From positions 558,274 through 622,273 of the forward strand of contig NMRA01000061.1 in assembly GCA_002633005.1 (NCBI GenBank): a DNA stretch of 64,000 bases, in the 5' to 3' direction. This document shows, in pieces, positions 37,901 through 51,074 of this stretch (positions are counted from its first letter, which is position 1; each line of letters opens with the position of its first letter). The notes below the pieces were generated by a model that saw only the letters and a program-made list of their open reading frames with translations, made no database searches and was not told the DNA's origin. Source of the DNA: Phoronis australis. Taxonomy: Eukaryota; Animalia; Phoronida. A program made the translations under genes and the position numbers.

Positions 37901-37940
37901 TCATTTTATTGTAATTGTACTAGTCATAATAAATGACCTT
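34938..37940 (+). mobile_element. Tyrosine-recombinase retrotransposon (DIRS/Ngaro-like) insertion, partly gapped
   Basis: Absent from unit A (gcaaaatagcagatg at ~18391). Contains LDPSFYKSHSFRFGAATSASARGLPEPVVQRMG (~36800-36900), the YR HSFRxGAAT box, followed by a frameshifted W.S.A..GYIR. No TSD seen. Confidence 0.7.
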
Positions 37941-40900
37941 AGCATATGATTGGAATTCACAGCTTTTGAGATATTAGAAGATAAGCTGTGCTTTAGGTTC
38001 CAAAGTTATAAAAATTTAGCAGAAAGTTACTCTTCCCATTTTTAAGTCTTATTTAAAAAAATCTCTGAGTCAGTGAAACACCGGGAAATTGGTTAGAATT
38101 CCTGTAACAGTGTGACATAGATTTAATGAAATTAAAAAGTAGGTGAAGTCACTGCAGTAGGTCAATGAAAATGGCCATCTGGTCCCCAAAATGCACTGAC
38201 TACGTGTACGTTAGGTCCACTCAGTACACCTGGCCCCAGAACTCCAAAAAGCCTGGGTCAGAAATTTTTGGGGATTTTTGGATCTCCAAACCAGAAGGCC
38301 CAATGAAGGTTTTCAGAGGAATTCAGCAGCCTTCATATTCTTCCCACCACAAACAGCTGGGGATTTAGCGAATTGCCCTTGCACTATTCGGTCATTTAGT
38401 AAACGGTGAATAAGCAGTCGTCACGTAGTAAACACCCTGAGTTACATTGCAGTAAACACTAGACAACGCAAATCCTACGTACAGTCACTATGCATTGAAA
38501 TTTTTAGGCAAAATGTTGGTGTTCATATTGACCATACGCCGATCTGTGAGCCAGACGATTTTCACTCACTGAACAATAAGACATGAATCCGAACGTTTTC
38601 CGTTAGAAATGCACATAACTGAAATCCTAGACAAAAGTAGATTAGGTCAGACTTGACCAAGCATAAAAACCAAATAAATCGATTACTTACTTCAGAAATG
38701 GGGCTCCTTTGAGCCAATCGAGGCGGCGATGTGCTTTCGAAATCAGCCATCACTGTTTTCATTTCATTGACCTATCACTTCTCTGAGGTCATCAGGCCAT
38801 TCCCAAATGAGGCAACGCAATGCATTCTGGGACTGTAATGTCGGGCTTGAGGAGCACGAAGGTGTGTCTTTTTGGTCAACATTCAAATGTAAAGAAAAAT
38901 ACTCCAAACTCATCTAAAACTCAACATATTTACGAAACCTACAAAAAACTTCTACGCCACGACATACAGGTTTAAACAAGATGAGTAACGTTTACTTTCT
39001 TATTGTATACTATTTTTCACGTTCCAAATCACTTTAATGTTGAGTTGTCTACATCAAAAGTTAGTTTTGTGACGGAAGGCAAATTTATAACCACTTTAAG
39101 CTTAAAAATGTTTGATAAGACAAGTGCTTGCAAAATTCATTTCAGGGTTTATGGCCTTTATCTTCAGTATTAATTGTTGCTACGATATGCACGAGTTGTA
39201 CAGCTAGGCCCGATCCATGAAGTCGTAAATTCTATCTTATCTAATACGATTTCAGGCTTAGCAGTATATAGAAAAGAAGTGTATCCTAAATAAGGAAGTC
39301 GTTACAGCATAGACGTGAAGTTGGCAATTTATTACTTTTCAACGCAAGAGTATCATTCAAATTCCGTCCGTTCAGTAAATTCCACCAGGATATGGAAATC
39401 TAAATCTGCCACACATCGAAACCAATGTTTGAAGGTAGCCGACTTTTGTAAATGTGCAATAAAATAGTCTAATTATTCGAAAAGCGAACATACAGGGAAC
39501 CCACCACAGCATAAATGTAATGTTGGTAATTCATTAATTTTCAGCGCAAAAATATCAATCAATTTCAGTCCGTTCAGAAATTTCTAAGTCTGCCGCATGC
39601 CAAACTCAATTTCTGGGCAATTCCATTTGTGACGAACGTACAATCAGAGAACATTTTGATCAACTGTGAAAAAATGTTCATCCTAAGAAAATAATTAATA
39701 CATCAATTGATATGTCTCATTGATAGCTTTCAAAGCGTGTATTAACTTTTCTGTTATCCTTTTATCTGACTGAGAAAATTGCCTTTACGCAGAGAATTTG
39801 AAATTTCGAAAAAAATTAATGCTAATTTTCTGTGAGTTGCCTTTGGTTACAATATTTTGTTTTATATGATGATTTAGTTCAATATTTGCAAAGTATAAAG
39901 CACTAATTTTTTTGATGATATCTTCTACGAAATTTTTGTCAGAGAGATTGATGCAAGTTGAGTGTGTGTGACGGATGTACATACGGGCGTACGGTCTGAA
40001 TTTCTGGTATAAAATTGTTTGTTGTGACAAAGATATCAATTCAGAATGATTCAAAGTTTTGCAGTGTTTAAGCTATATATTGGTTTTTTGCTACTGATTC
40101 GATGTTTTTAATCAAAATGCACCGAATGACCTTTTGCACGAAATCATCACTGGTAGGCCTATTAGTCTATATATGTATGCTGGGAATGTACTCCAGGATT
40201 TTAACTTTTCAATACATTTGATTAAAGATATAAAACAACCCCGTAAAACCCTCACCTCCCTTTGACGATGGTAAGCAATGTAGATGGGAATGAGAGTGAT
40301 AATCATTTTGTATCTGACACGTGTTGGTTACCAAGAAAACTGTTTTTGTGCGTTAAGTAGAGTACTAATTTGAAAACAATAAGCAAATGTGACTGCTAAA
40401 ATATAAAATGTGAAATGAAGTTTAAAACATCATCAATCATTGTAATAAAACTGCATTGTAATTAATTGTCTGTAATTATAACTTGCCCTAAGGTTTTACA
40501 AACTTATTCTCTAGTCCATGTCATTGATGGTTCTGATGCATGCACATGTAAGTAGTAGAGGTAAAATGTTTTAAAAATGTTAGTAACAGGACTTCAGTAT
40601 CTTCTTATAACAAAGCGTGAAGCTTGGTTTAGTTGACAGTATCGAGTTATGACATTTATATTTTGATTCAAAAAACCGGTGCTGTCTTCCAGTGTAAGAT
40701 CAAGACATTTTAAATTCAATGCATTTTGGAATTATAATTTGGGAATTTGTAGATCTAACTTATGAGATGCTGGTCTCTATTTACTGGTTAGTATTAATAT
40801 TAGCTTTTCATCCAGCTCTTTAACTCATGCCTTCTTTTCAAATTTAAAGAGAGGCTTGAAATAATGTCACATCACAGTACGTGTAAGTACAATGATCCAC

Positions 40901-41112
40901 GGTGGCATTTTTCGAGATTCAGAGAATATTCCAGCAGATATTTAGATGACATTATGAACTATAACTTTTCTGCAATTACTTCTGAGATTGCAAAAGACCA
41001 ATGCATCAAGTTTAAGTCTGTAGCAACTTTAATAACTTAAGGTTAAAACTGTCTTAGTAATATTTAATCGTTTCAAGATTCGCATATGTGAGATACATTT
41101 TATGTTTAGCAA

Positions 41113-41756
41113 AAAAAAACATTGCAGGTGGTCTGATGTCATTTGCGGTGCATCAGACGTGCGCAGGCCTCATGGTTGGGCCCATTGCACAAAACACCTG
41201 AGCAAAAGCACGAGAGCCCAATTATGGCTCCTCGTGAAGAAAGTTTTCAAGTCTGCTAGTCTCCTTTAGGAAAACGGACAGACGTTTCCAGTTGTTGCCA
41301 TGCACTATATGTTGTAGGCATGTAACAGTACCATCCAGTAGGTTGCTCCTTAGTCTATAAAAACTGGGCAAGACTCTACCAGGTGTTTAGGAGATTCTAC
41401 GTCAGTACCACACTCAGGACACACAGGGCTCCCCATATGCCCAGTAATATGTCTTTGTCGGGCTAGGTTGCGGTGGCCCGTCAAAATTTGAATGACGTGT
41501 CTTATACCCAATGTATCTAGACTCAGAAGGCTTTTTGAACCTTTTGGTTCGATCACGTTGGGAAAATTCTCCTTGGTCTCTCTGCAGGAGTTAAGTGATG
41601 CCCACTGAGCTGCTGACTGGGTATGTACCCAGTTTTGTATACTCATCCTGCAACATCCGTAAGATACCGGGATAGCAGGTTCAGGCACAAAATGCAGAAT
41701 GTTTGCTCCTATCTTTGCGAGTCTGTCTGCATTCTCATTGCCATCAATTCCCACAT
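41113..41756 (-). mobile_element. 5'-truncated RNase H-containing LINE (I/LOA/Lian-like), specific to unit B
   Basis: HVGIDGNENADRLAKIGA (RNase H end), ILTGH, CPECGTDVESPKHLVESC zinc knuckle. GCAA duplicated at the flanks; empty site in unit A (~21555). Confidence 0.85.
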
Positions 41757-42449
41757 GCAAGTTTAGGAAGTAAAATTAAGACCTAAGGTTATGTTTATTG
41801 GCTGAAAAATTGTAATTTCACGAGTGTGGCGGACGTACGTGACGGACGTACAAATTTGCTGTACGTTTGTCACGCAATTTCTGACTTAACAAATAATCCC
41901 TGGGATCTGAAATTTTGGTCAATAGTGTTGAGTAACAAGTTAGAAGAGAATCTGAAATTATTTTAATTTTGAATCAAAACTTTTAACGTAACAAAACTTT
42001 TTAGCACTTTTTGTGACGGACGTACGGCACCATGATATCCAGGAGTTGGTATTTGATGTGCCAAACTTGAAGTGTTATTTTTTATAAAGTTTGGGGTTCA
42101 TGTGATTGCACAAATTTGATAATATAGTGAAATACCCATAATTGGCTTTTTATGGCAATAACTAGCAACACACATGAAAATCGAGCTAATATTTTAGAGT
42201 CATGGGACCCCAAAAATGGGCCATTTGGGCAAAAGATTGAAAGTTATAGGACAGTAAAAAACACAGATCATCCAATTAGAGAGACAGGGCTTTCAGATGA
42301 GACCAGAATTGTCATAATTTTAATTTTTTGTCTTGAGGTGGACCTTTTCACGGAATTGCCTTCTATATATTTTAAACGCGTTTTGTATAGACGCAACAAA
42401 ATAAGCTAATTATTAAAAAAGCGACACTTCTCATCAAAACCCAACTTAC

Positions 42450-42492
42450 CAATGCAAGCCAAAACAATCAAACAAACAGCAAAAGTATTCAT
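42450..42492 (-). CDS. Ly6-3 exon 1 (signal peptide MNTFAVCLIVLACIG)
   Basis: ATG, 43 nt, G|gtaagt donor. Confidence 0.9.
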
Positions 42493-45400
42493 GGTGTTTC
42501 TGTCGGTGTTTGCGTCCTCACCGTAAGAGTGTCCAGGCAAAAATAACGGACAACGCACGTTCCAGGGCTGTTTCGTTACAGTTGTGTCATGTGACAGTTG
42601 TTATTGACATACGGTGGTAAGGCAACGCCTAATCTTCAGGTGAGATTAGACGGGACAATTGCATCGTACCAATATATTTCACAAAAGTTTATTTTCCATG
42701 GAGGATGGCAATAGCACTCGGGAAGAACAAAGTTGAAGGTGTTTGGTAAAAAATGCAATGTTCATGTGCATCCCGTGCATGCTAAGATTTTTTCAATGTG
42801 ACAATTTGAGAAAATTTAGGTGTGTTAATTGACATAAAATTTATTTCTAATTCGATTAGGGATTATTCGAGCAAAATATAAGCAACTACTTATGCAGACC
42901 GCTCGAGATCATTCGAAATTTTTTGAGACTTAATTCATTATAAGCCTTTCTAAAAAATTTCGCTTTATTTCAAAATCAATGAGGAATTAGAATGATTGCC
43001 CAGCCTCTGTCGGAAGATGGGAGAGGAAAACAGGCCCACTAGGCTGTTCATCCTAATAAAGTTCGACTCATCTAGCACGGAAGTGCAGCGCTCGATTTCT
43101 TTCTCGCATGCTAATAAAGCATTTTAATTTCAACCTCGAGTACACCGCATATTGTGCCAGTCTGTATTGACCAAGCTCGTGCATGGCATTTTACTCTGAT
43201 TTCTCACTCATATCTTAACCAAAATGTGTTTATTAGTCGATATATGGAAACAAGAATTATCCCATTTGCGTTGAATAAGTTGAGTGCAATACGGCCATGT
43301 GGTTATAAGGTCTTTGATTACACTACCGTGACTACTTTTAACAGTGCCCTCTTTAGCCCAGACATGGAAAGTGCAAAAGATAAGTCGGTGTGGACTCGAC
43401 GTCGCTGGCCTGCTCGATCACCAAACTTTCCCAAATAATTTAAAGTAGTAAAGTTACAACAGCATAAATAATAAAACTCAACATGCAATTAGATCACAAA
43501 CATAACATCTGATAAAAACCATTAATTATATAACACTCTTGTCTCAGTTTTATTTGCTAAAATAGCATATTGTCTGCAACCCAGGCGCCGGTTTCTCGGT
43601 AAGTATGTTAAATACACTTGTTATTTAGTTATTTTTCAAAAATGTTAAAAGTTCAATGCACAATTGCAGTTCTTTTAATCCCTTTTATCTCTTTTCAAGT
43701 AATAATACTTTACATTTAATATGCTTTTCTTTTACTAGAGGGATGTGATCCGCCACGTGAACAGTCCGGGTGAAGTAATAATCAGCTGAAAAAATAAAAG
43801 AAACTTAAGAATGCGAAGCGTATGGGAAAAATACAAATCTGTCTCGGTCGATACGCGGAATAAGGTCTCGTGGGATCTTATTTCATCCATTCGAGGTACG
43901 TTTTGTGTATGTCTCCCAAATTCATCGAGAACCACAGCGTTGCTAGTGGAAGACGCGACATTCGGAAAATATTAGAAATGTTTTATCACAGAATCTATAC
44001 ACTGGATTTATCGAAGCCACAGATTTTAGGATCATAACCTATTTATAGGTAACACCATTTTATCAAAAAATCCATGACAACATTAGGTGACTGGCCCTTG
44101 AACTTTCCTGAAGCTAACTTGAATGAGGCAAGTAATGTTACAGCTTGGGACGCTGAAGTTTACTGAGCTAAAAGTCCAAACTAATTTATGCATAAACATA
44201 CCTAAGTACTTAAAGTAGTAAACGAGTTCGAATTTAGTACCGCCAAATTACCCTCATGTGAAGTTTTTTACCTTTCCTTCATTCCCTGAAATCATTTCCC
44301 TTGTCTTGAAATCAAATTAGGTGAAATTTCTCACAACTGATGCGAATATTTAGCAAGCGTTGACATCACTACAGTAAAGGAAACTGAATATTGGACAACA
44401 CTGTCAATCTGTTGACGTCTAAACGAACTGTATGATTGACGCAGTGCGTCCGAATTAATGCTGAACGGTGCCCGGAATGATCATCATAACAGCGGTGGAT
44501 CCAACATCGTGTCCTGAGGGGTTTGATAGTGTAGTGACAATTGTGGAAATACCAATAATTTACAGTAGTCTGCAAACAGCTATATTACCAGCCATTTCAA
44601 TCAAAGCGCTATATGGTCAGACGTATGAAGCGCTACCTTTCTGCGCGTTAAAATGTTCCTACTGAACGCATACCGTTGCTTAACCAACGCGCTGGATTAG
44701 TTATTCAACGTGCTGAATTGATTCTTAAACGACCATCGTTCAGCTCTTATCCAACGCACTGAATTATATACCTATTGCCGCGCAAGTGGTTCGCTTATCA
44801 GTGCACGCGACTATGTTTCGCATCAGCCCAGGTAATATCCCATGTATAGGCCCATACATTCATTCGCATATGGGCGACTACCGCTGTGCCCTCTTTTTTT
44901 TTACGTTTGCCTCTATGTCTTTGGAGTTCCTTGGCGTAGTTTTAGGAAAGTTAGTAGTTAAAAATAGTTTTGTATTGCCGTTTAGCCACGCCATCAAGTT
45001 CATGGGCCTATATTCTAAATAATGTCTTTTTTCGCATATACCGGTAAACGTCCATGGGCCTAATGGCACGACAATACGCCATTCAACGCTTTCAACGCGT
45101 TATTAAACGCGCTGAATTTGTTCTTCAAACGATTATCCTTCTGCTCTTATTGAATGTGCACCGTTGCTTATTCAACACGCTGACATAGTTATTCGTTCTG
45201 TCCAATCAAAGACAAGTTTTCAGTAAATACGTACCGCCGCGAGGAGGCAGCACAGACGAAACATGGCCGCGGAAGAGCACGATCTTCGAAACTGGAGTAG
45301 AGTTCTGTAACCTTAAAAAAGAGTGCATCATGGGCGCACCCAGGGGGAGGGGGCTCGAACAAACCCTCCAGTTTGGCGAATTGGGCAAAACGGTACGCTT

Positions 45401-45589
45401 GAGTGAAACAAAAATTCCGAGTAAACTAGACAAAAGTCCACAGGAAGTCGGCACGGATGCACTGTTCGTAGGCCTGAGCCTAGTGGCCTCTTTGTTTTTT
45501 ATTCCTCGTTGCTTTTTTTAGTAAAAGGTCCGCATAACAAAAAAATTCGAGCCCCCTATATTTTAGGCTGGGTGCGCGCATGCATCAGG

Positions 45590-46840
45590 CGTCTTTATGC
45601 CACAAGGCCTGGCTCATCACCTGATTATGACTCATGGGGACACGATATCATCGGATTCCTCATGCGTAAATTCCAATCTGCCTGTTTGCTTCAGAAAGAC
45701 AAAAAGACTATTAAACCTGTATGAACTAGCAATGTTAATCAGGCGGGTTATGTGTCCATCAAGTAGTACATTAATTACGGTGTCCATCGTAGGCAGGGCA
45801 AATCCGCTCCACCAGATGTCAGTGAAGAGTCTCGCCTCCAAGCCACAGTTGGTACACAATGAACATGTCATGCGGCCTGTGATGTTACAGTGCCGAGCTA
45901 GGTTATAGTGTCCAGTAATAACCTGTATCTGCTGCCTTATATCAAACCCATCTAAACATAACAGTTCCTTTGAACCTTTTGGTTCAATAGGACTAGCTTG
46001 GAAAAGTTGTTTGGTTTGTGTGCAGGCAGAGAGCTTTCTCCATGCAGCCACGGACAGTTTGCACACCTAGCGTCTTACCTTTGCTCTGCAGCACCTATTG
46101 GCAACTGGTATGCAAGGTTCTGGTACAAAACATGGTGCACTTGCTCCTTCTTTTGCAAGTTTGTCAGCAGCTTCTTTACCGTCAATGCCAAAATGGGCTT
46201 TAATCATGGGCGGCGCAGCACCGAAAAAAGTGGGTACTAAAGCCCCCCGTGGTGCACCGCCTATAGACCATGGGTGGCACAGCACTGAAAAAAGTGGAGT
46301 GCTATTGCCTCCCCCCAGCCCCCTATGGTGCGCCGCCCATGTTAACCCAGTTCATATGAACAGTTCTAGTGGCTGGTAGGTGGTTAAGCTCGTTAATAGC
46401 TGCATGGCTGTCTAAGAGTATGAAGAGTTCCTTGTTACCAAGGACCGTTTCATGCTCCCTTGCCAATTGGGCAGCCTGGTGAATGGCGATAATTTCAGTC
46501 TGGAAGACTCTAACGTTGTTACCCCGTGAGATCCAGCTTTCTTTGTCGTCACCTGCAAGGTCTGGAAAGTAGATTCTTGGTCCTGGTTGTCCGTTGTCAA
46601 GTTTAGAGCCGTCAGTGTAACAAACGGGCTGTGTGTCAATGCTTTCGTGACCATCTCCAAGTTCTGTATAGAAATTGTGTTTGGGATTTAGCGTCGTCAC
46701 TAAAACATCACAGTTTCTGACATTAACACGTTGGAAAATGCAGTGAATTCCTAAGTTAATCATGAAAGTCTTCTTACATGGGGCCAAGAGGGGCGTTGGA
46801 TAGCTACCCCATTCACCTGATCGAAAACTTACCATCGGGA
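45590..46840 (-). mobile_element. Degenerate RNase H-containing LINE related to 41113-41756
   Basis: YTDGSK, VFQTEIIAI, LDSHAAI, WVKAHFGIDGKEAADKLAKEGA, VPEPCIPV, IEPKGSKELL, ITGH and CTNCG motifs with frameshifts; interrupted by a MITE at 46205-46341. Confidence 0.85.
46205..46341. mobile_element. Short MITE (CATGGGCGGCGCA TIRs) inside LINE RNase H
   Basis: 13-bp TIRs; flanks ttaat / ttaac; removing it restores WVKAH. Confidence 0.75.
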
Positions 46841-47854
46841 TGTGAAATAGTTCTATTTACCGCTATGTTAATATCTAATTGTGGTCTACAAAGTTTCCTT
46901 TACATCTGTTGAAAATAGTAAAACTCTCCTTAACAATTGATTACATGATTACTTTTGACACGTACTTGTCAGTTATGTGTGAAAGGCCAACGAGTTATTG
47001 AAGAGTGTCTTTCTGCGCGTAGAAATGTGCTGACTAATCCATGCGTACTTATGCTTGGTCTACGCATAGTTTTACTTAATCCAAGCGTACTATTAATCAG
47101 TTCATATAGTCCAATCACGCCAGTGCTCTCAAATATCAAAATGGCGAAAGACTTTCTATATGGGTGCAAGGCAACTTTTGAAGAATATTGCAGATTCTTA
47201 TCAAGTGACAACGTAAATGATGGCGCTGATAACTTTAAGAGTAGAACGATGATCGTTTAAGACATAATGGTACGTGTAGATTAAATAAAAGTATGTGTAG
47301 ATTAAGCACGTGTAGAAATTTACTCGTTTACGAACCCTTTGGCGCTTCATAATTATGTTCATAAACATTCCAGTCGATGAAACAACCTTTTCTAACAATG
47401 CAGACGAGGTTCTGATACTTGTGAATGAAAAGTTCCAACCAAGAAATCAATTCCATTCAATCAAATGGCGGAAACGTGAAAACTCATCGATAGTGCTCCA
47501 TTTTTGTTCCACGAGCATTTGTTTTGAACACACCGTGACAAGTAAACATGAAGAGCCTCACATCTATTTTGACCGAGGAATTTTAGACTAATTTTAAAAG
47601 ATAAGTAGCCGAAATCAAAAGTTTGTTTTTTAGGGGAGACTAGTTCACGTCCTTAAATCGTTTTCCCTGGTAAATGCGAAAGGACCCTACACGCTGTTGC
47701 CCGGGAAAGTTCACTATGAAGTCAAGTGACGTAATTGCAAGTATGGACGTCACGACGGTCGGTTTTTGTTGTCCCCTGAGCCACAGAAATCGAATTCAGG
47801 ATTATACTCTCGGATTTGTGAGACAGATGTTGAGGCGGCTATATACCAGCTTTA

Positions 47855-48558
47855 GGCCCAGTCATACAGCCGATTACGCATGAATCACTCGTGGATCACG
47901 CACAGATTTTCGCTTATGCGTGAAGCTTGCCTCGTATGCGTAATTGGTCGGTGGAACCAACGTGAAGCGTCAGTGAATGTAAGTGGATGTGCGTCGAGGG
48001 GGGTTTGTGCGCGATTTTGAGTTTTGAACGGTTCAAAAATTTTCCAACGCACAACTCTGCGTCGGTGTGCGTAATTCGTGAGTTGACGTGCGTAGTTTAT
48101 GCGTCGAGTATGCGCTGGACACGCGCTTGCCATCAGTGCTTATGCGTCAGAACTGGTTCGAAATCACGCACGTCCACGTCCGTCCACTGACGCCCCACCT
48201 TCATATCACGCATGAAATACGCATATATGACGTTCATTCCACTGACATCCACTGACAATCACAAAAGTGTTTGAGCGTGATCCGTCAGTGATTCATGCGT
48301 GAGGCATGCGTCGAAGGTTCGTGGAATACCATATCATTTTGGCTTGTATGCGTCGATATGCGCGATATGTCGGTGATTCATCAGTGATTGTAAGTGATAT
48401 GTGCGTGGGCCATAGGTGATTCGTCAGTTATTTGTCAGTGATTTCTAACCTCTACACCCGGAAAATTTGGTCAATTTCTCGACGATCAAAACACGCACAA
48501 ATTAAATTTGTGCGTGTTGTATGAGTGATTCATGCGTGATCGGCTGTATGACTGGGCC
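47855..48558. mobile_element. Harbinger-like MITE with ~40-bp TIRs
   Basis: ggcccagtcatacagccgattacgcatgaatcactc / gagtgattcatgcgtgatcggctgtatgactgggcc; flanks tta / ttt. Confidence 0.75.
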
Positions 48559-48559
48559 T

Positions 48560-49560
48560 TTTCCGAACGCATCAACTCAGCTCTGTCGGACTGTGGTTAT
48601 CCTAAATGGGCTTTTGACAAGGTCTCTAAAAGTGGCGGGATTACCGAGAGCTACTTCTGAGGAGGAAAGTCGTGATCGTGGGAATAAAATCATGGTTGTG
48701 ATCCCTTAGGTGAAAGACTTTTCGGAATCTCTACGACGTACATTCAGTAAATTTGATATCACTTCAGCGTTCTCCACGTAACTTATTGATACATCCAAAA
48801 TATTCGCGTGCCATGGAGGTTTGTACTGGTGTTGTTTATAACATTCCTTGTGCTTTGAGCAAGGGTGTTTATATTGGTGAAAGTGGTAAAAATTTTGATT
48901 ATAGAGGCTGAAAATGATATGAGGACGTTGAAGACATGACCAGCGATAGAGCTTTCACCAGGCGTGCGTTCAGTAGACGCTAGGACCTTCGCTAGGACCT
49001 AGCTAAAACCTAGTCACAGTCACGTGTTCTCATTTAAAATGCACGGCAATATCTCATGTACTCTCGCGAAGTCTTGCTTTTTAGCGAGGTTCTAGCGTTA
49101 CTGAACGGGAGGCAAGTCAGACAGGAAATCCTCTCTCAGTGAATTTAACAAACCAGCCTCCCGTTCAGTAACGCTAGGACCTGGCTAAAAAGCAAGATTT
49201 CGCGAGATTACGTGAGATATTGCCTTGCATTTTAAATGAGAGTACGTGACCTTGACTAGGTTTTAGCTAGGTTCTAGCGTAGGTCCTAGCGTCTACTGAA
49301 CGCACGCCAGCTATCACTGATCACAAAAACAATCATGAGATTAACTGGGGAATTGCAAAAATAATTAAAGGTGAAAGTGACATTAAAAAAGAAGAATAAG
49401 GGAATCCATCTGCATTAGAAAAGAATCCAGTGTAATGAACAGAGACGATGGCGCAATAAAACTTTGTTTCCTGCGTTTATGACGTCATCTTGACCCCACT
49501 ACGTCCCAGGGTCACACTGAGTAAGGAAGTAGTCAACATCGACTTTGGAAAACTTCTGCC
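48560..49560 (+). mobile_element. Degenerate Penelope-like element, GIY-YIG endonuclease region
   Basis: CGYPKWAF, MVVIP*V..SESLRRTF, TGVVYNIPC..VYIGESG, AITDH..NHEINW, IRESICIR and MNRDDG; interrupted by two MITEs. Confidence 0.85.
48962..49307. mobile_element. Two copies of the 150-bp CAG-TSD MITE in inverted orientation, 44 bp apart
   Basis: 48962-49112 (+) and 49157-49307 (-), with flanks cag/caa and cag/cag; the spacer is Penelope coding sequence. Confidence 0.85.
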
Positions 49561-50002
49561 GTTTTATGCTTAACTTTCAGGATTTTTAGAGGAAATTTAT
49601 GCAATATCTCGTCATGTAATCCTGATGAAATTGTTTAGTGACATGGTTTTGTTTGATGACATGCGCAGCACAAACCGTGCCAGCAACAGACTAAAAATTT
49701 GTCTTAACTTTTATATCTTTTAAGAAATTTCGCAACATTAAAGTACCTCATATGTCAATTATCGATACGTCCACCAACAGTGGCCAGAACCAACTGACAG
49801 TCGTTATTTTGGCCTCACTCCCAATTAAACTCACACATGATTGGCCAGAGCTGCGCTTTTCAGGATTCAAAACGAGACAATGTTACCTTAAAACCCTTTG
49901 TACTAGATCACAATAAAATAAAAGAACGTCAAACACAGTGTTCTAAAAGCAATAACATTTGTCGAAGTAGGCATATTTTTGTACAACAGGGTGTCGGCCG
50001 AG

Positions 50003-50209
50003 TTAATGCAAAAGGAAGGCGCAGATGATGACCGTAGCTGCCGCCATTACGACTTTGGAAACAGACACGTGACCGGCTCCATTGCATTTGTCACCCTGGC
50101 AACACTTCACTTCCGTCTTTACGCCCGCTATTTCTCCGCTGGTTTCCGTGCAGATGGGACCGCATGAGCGGGTGACTAGAGAGTTTCCACCGGTGGTCAC
50201 CTTTGATTT
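50003..50209 (-). CDS. Ly6-4 exon 3: KSKVTTGGNSLVTRSCGPICTETSGEIAGVKTEVKCCQGDKCNGAGHVSVSKVVMAAATVIICAFLLH*
   Basis: tatttttcag acceptor, 207 nt, CCxxDxCN and GPI-type tail. Confidence 0.93.
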   Translation of the reverse strand, partial: KSKVTTGGNSLVTRSCGPICTETSGEIAGVKTEVKCCQGDKCNGAGHVSVSKVVMAAATVIICAFLLH

Positions 50210-50961
50210 CTGAAAAATAAGTCCGAGTGCAAATACTTCTTTACAGTCAGTTTCTGCGTCACGCAACTGCCCCCACAGGGGTCGCATTTTGTTCCCATTC
50301 AAGTCAGAGTTTGTGTGAAGAGCTCCAGCAATTTGACGACGATTTAAGCCGACGAATCTTAAATAAAGCACTAATTTTCCGCATGAAACCATCCCGTGAT
50401 CTCATGTAATCATAAATGAATGATATTCACTCATACAGGTACCCGGATAAAGACCAAAGATAAAGGCAATCCAGTTCCTTCGAGAACAGTTAACTTCAGA
50501 TAACATGAAATGTTGATTTCGTAGTTAGTGTTAGCCTAGTTTGTATAATGGTCAGAATAGTTTTGTGTTCATGTGACTTCTGAAACCAAATATTAACGCA
50601 ATGGCTTTTAATGAAAATGTATCAAAATTTAATTAGAGTAAAAAAATGCGTGACACTCATGTTTTGTTTCGAGAGAACTTGCTTGCTCAACTCACACCAG
50701 TTTCAGTGTTAAGCGTCACGATTCCCTGTGCTCACGAATCAGAGGTACGGTGACCTTGTATGTAAAATTCAAAAGGAATATTGTGTATGACGACACCCAT
50801 GATTTTCAACTGTCTGCAAAATTCTAAACCACTTTACGGGCTAGTTATCCCCTCCAAGCTCAAAATGGCTTTTTTGTTCTTTAAGTAATGTGGTGCAGGT
50901 TTCAATACGAGTCAGTGTACAGGCCAGAACCAATTATACTTTTTGCCTTACTACAACTTAC

Positions 50962-51074
50962 AATGCAGTATCCCTTGCAGTTTTTGGAGATAGTCACGCC
51001 CTTGGAAACAAACGGGTCGCCACATGCTGAAAGGGTATTGGTGCAAATGTAGCATTCCAGTGCCATCGATGTGC
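50962..51074 (-). CDS. Ly6-4 exon 2: GTSMALECYICTNTLSACGDPFVSKGVTISKNCKGYCI
   Basis: ttttgcag acceptor, gtaagt donor, 113 nt, in frame. Confidence 0.93.

Larger units (their letters stand above)
24841..44299. repeat. Tandem segmental duplication unit B (contains Ly6-3)
   Basis: Colinear with unit A; longer because of Gypsy, YR-element and LINE insertions. Ends ..ccctgaaatcatttcc like unit A. Confidence 0.92.

Noticed and set aside
8931-44299. Units A and B as uncollapsed allelic haplotypes
   Set aside because: Disfavoured because the junction is gap-free and base-precise; not fully excluded without read depth.
44369-44575. Cys/His-rich small ORF conserved with ~59400-59560
   Set aside because: The paralogous copy has stops, there is no clear start or splice context, and conservation is explained by the duplication.
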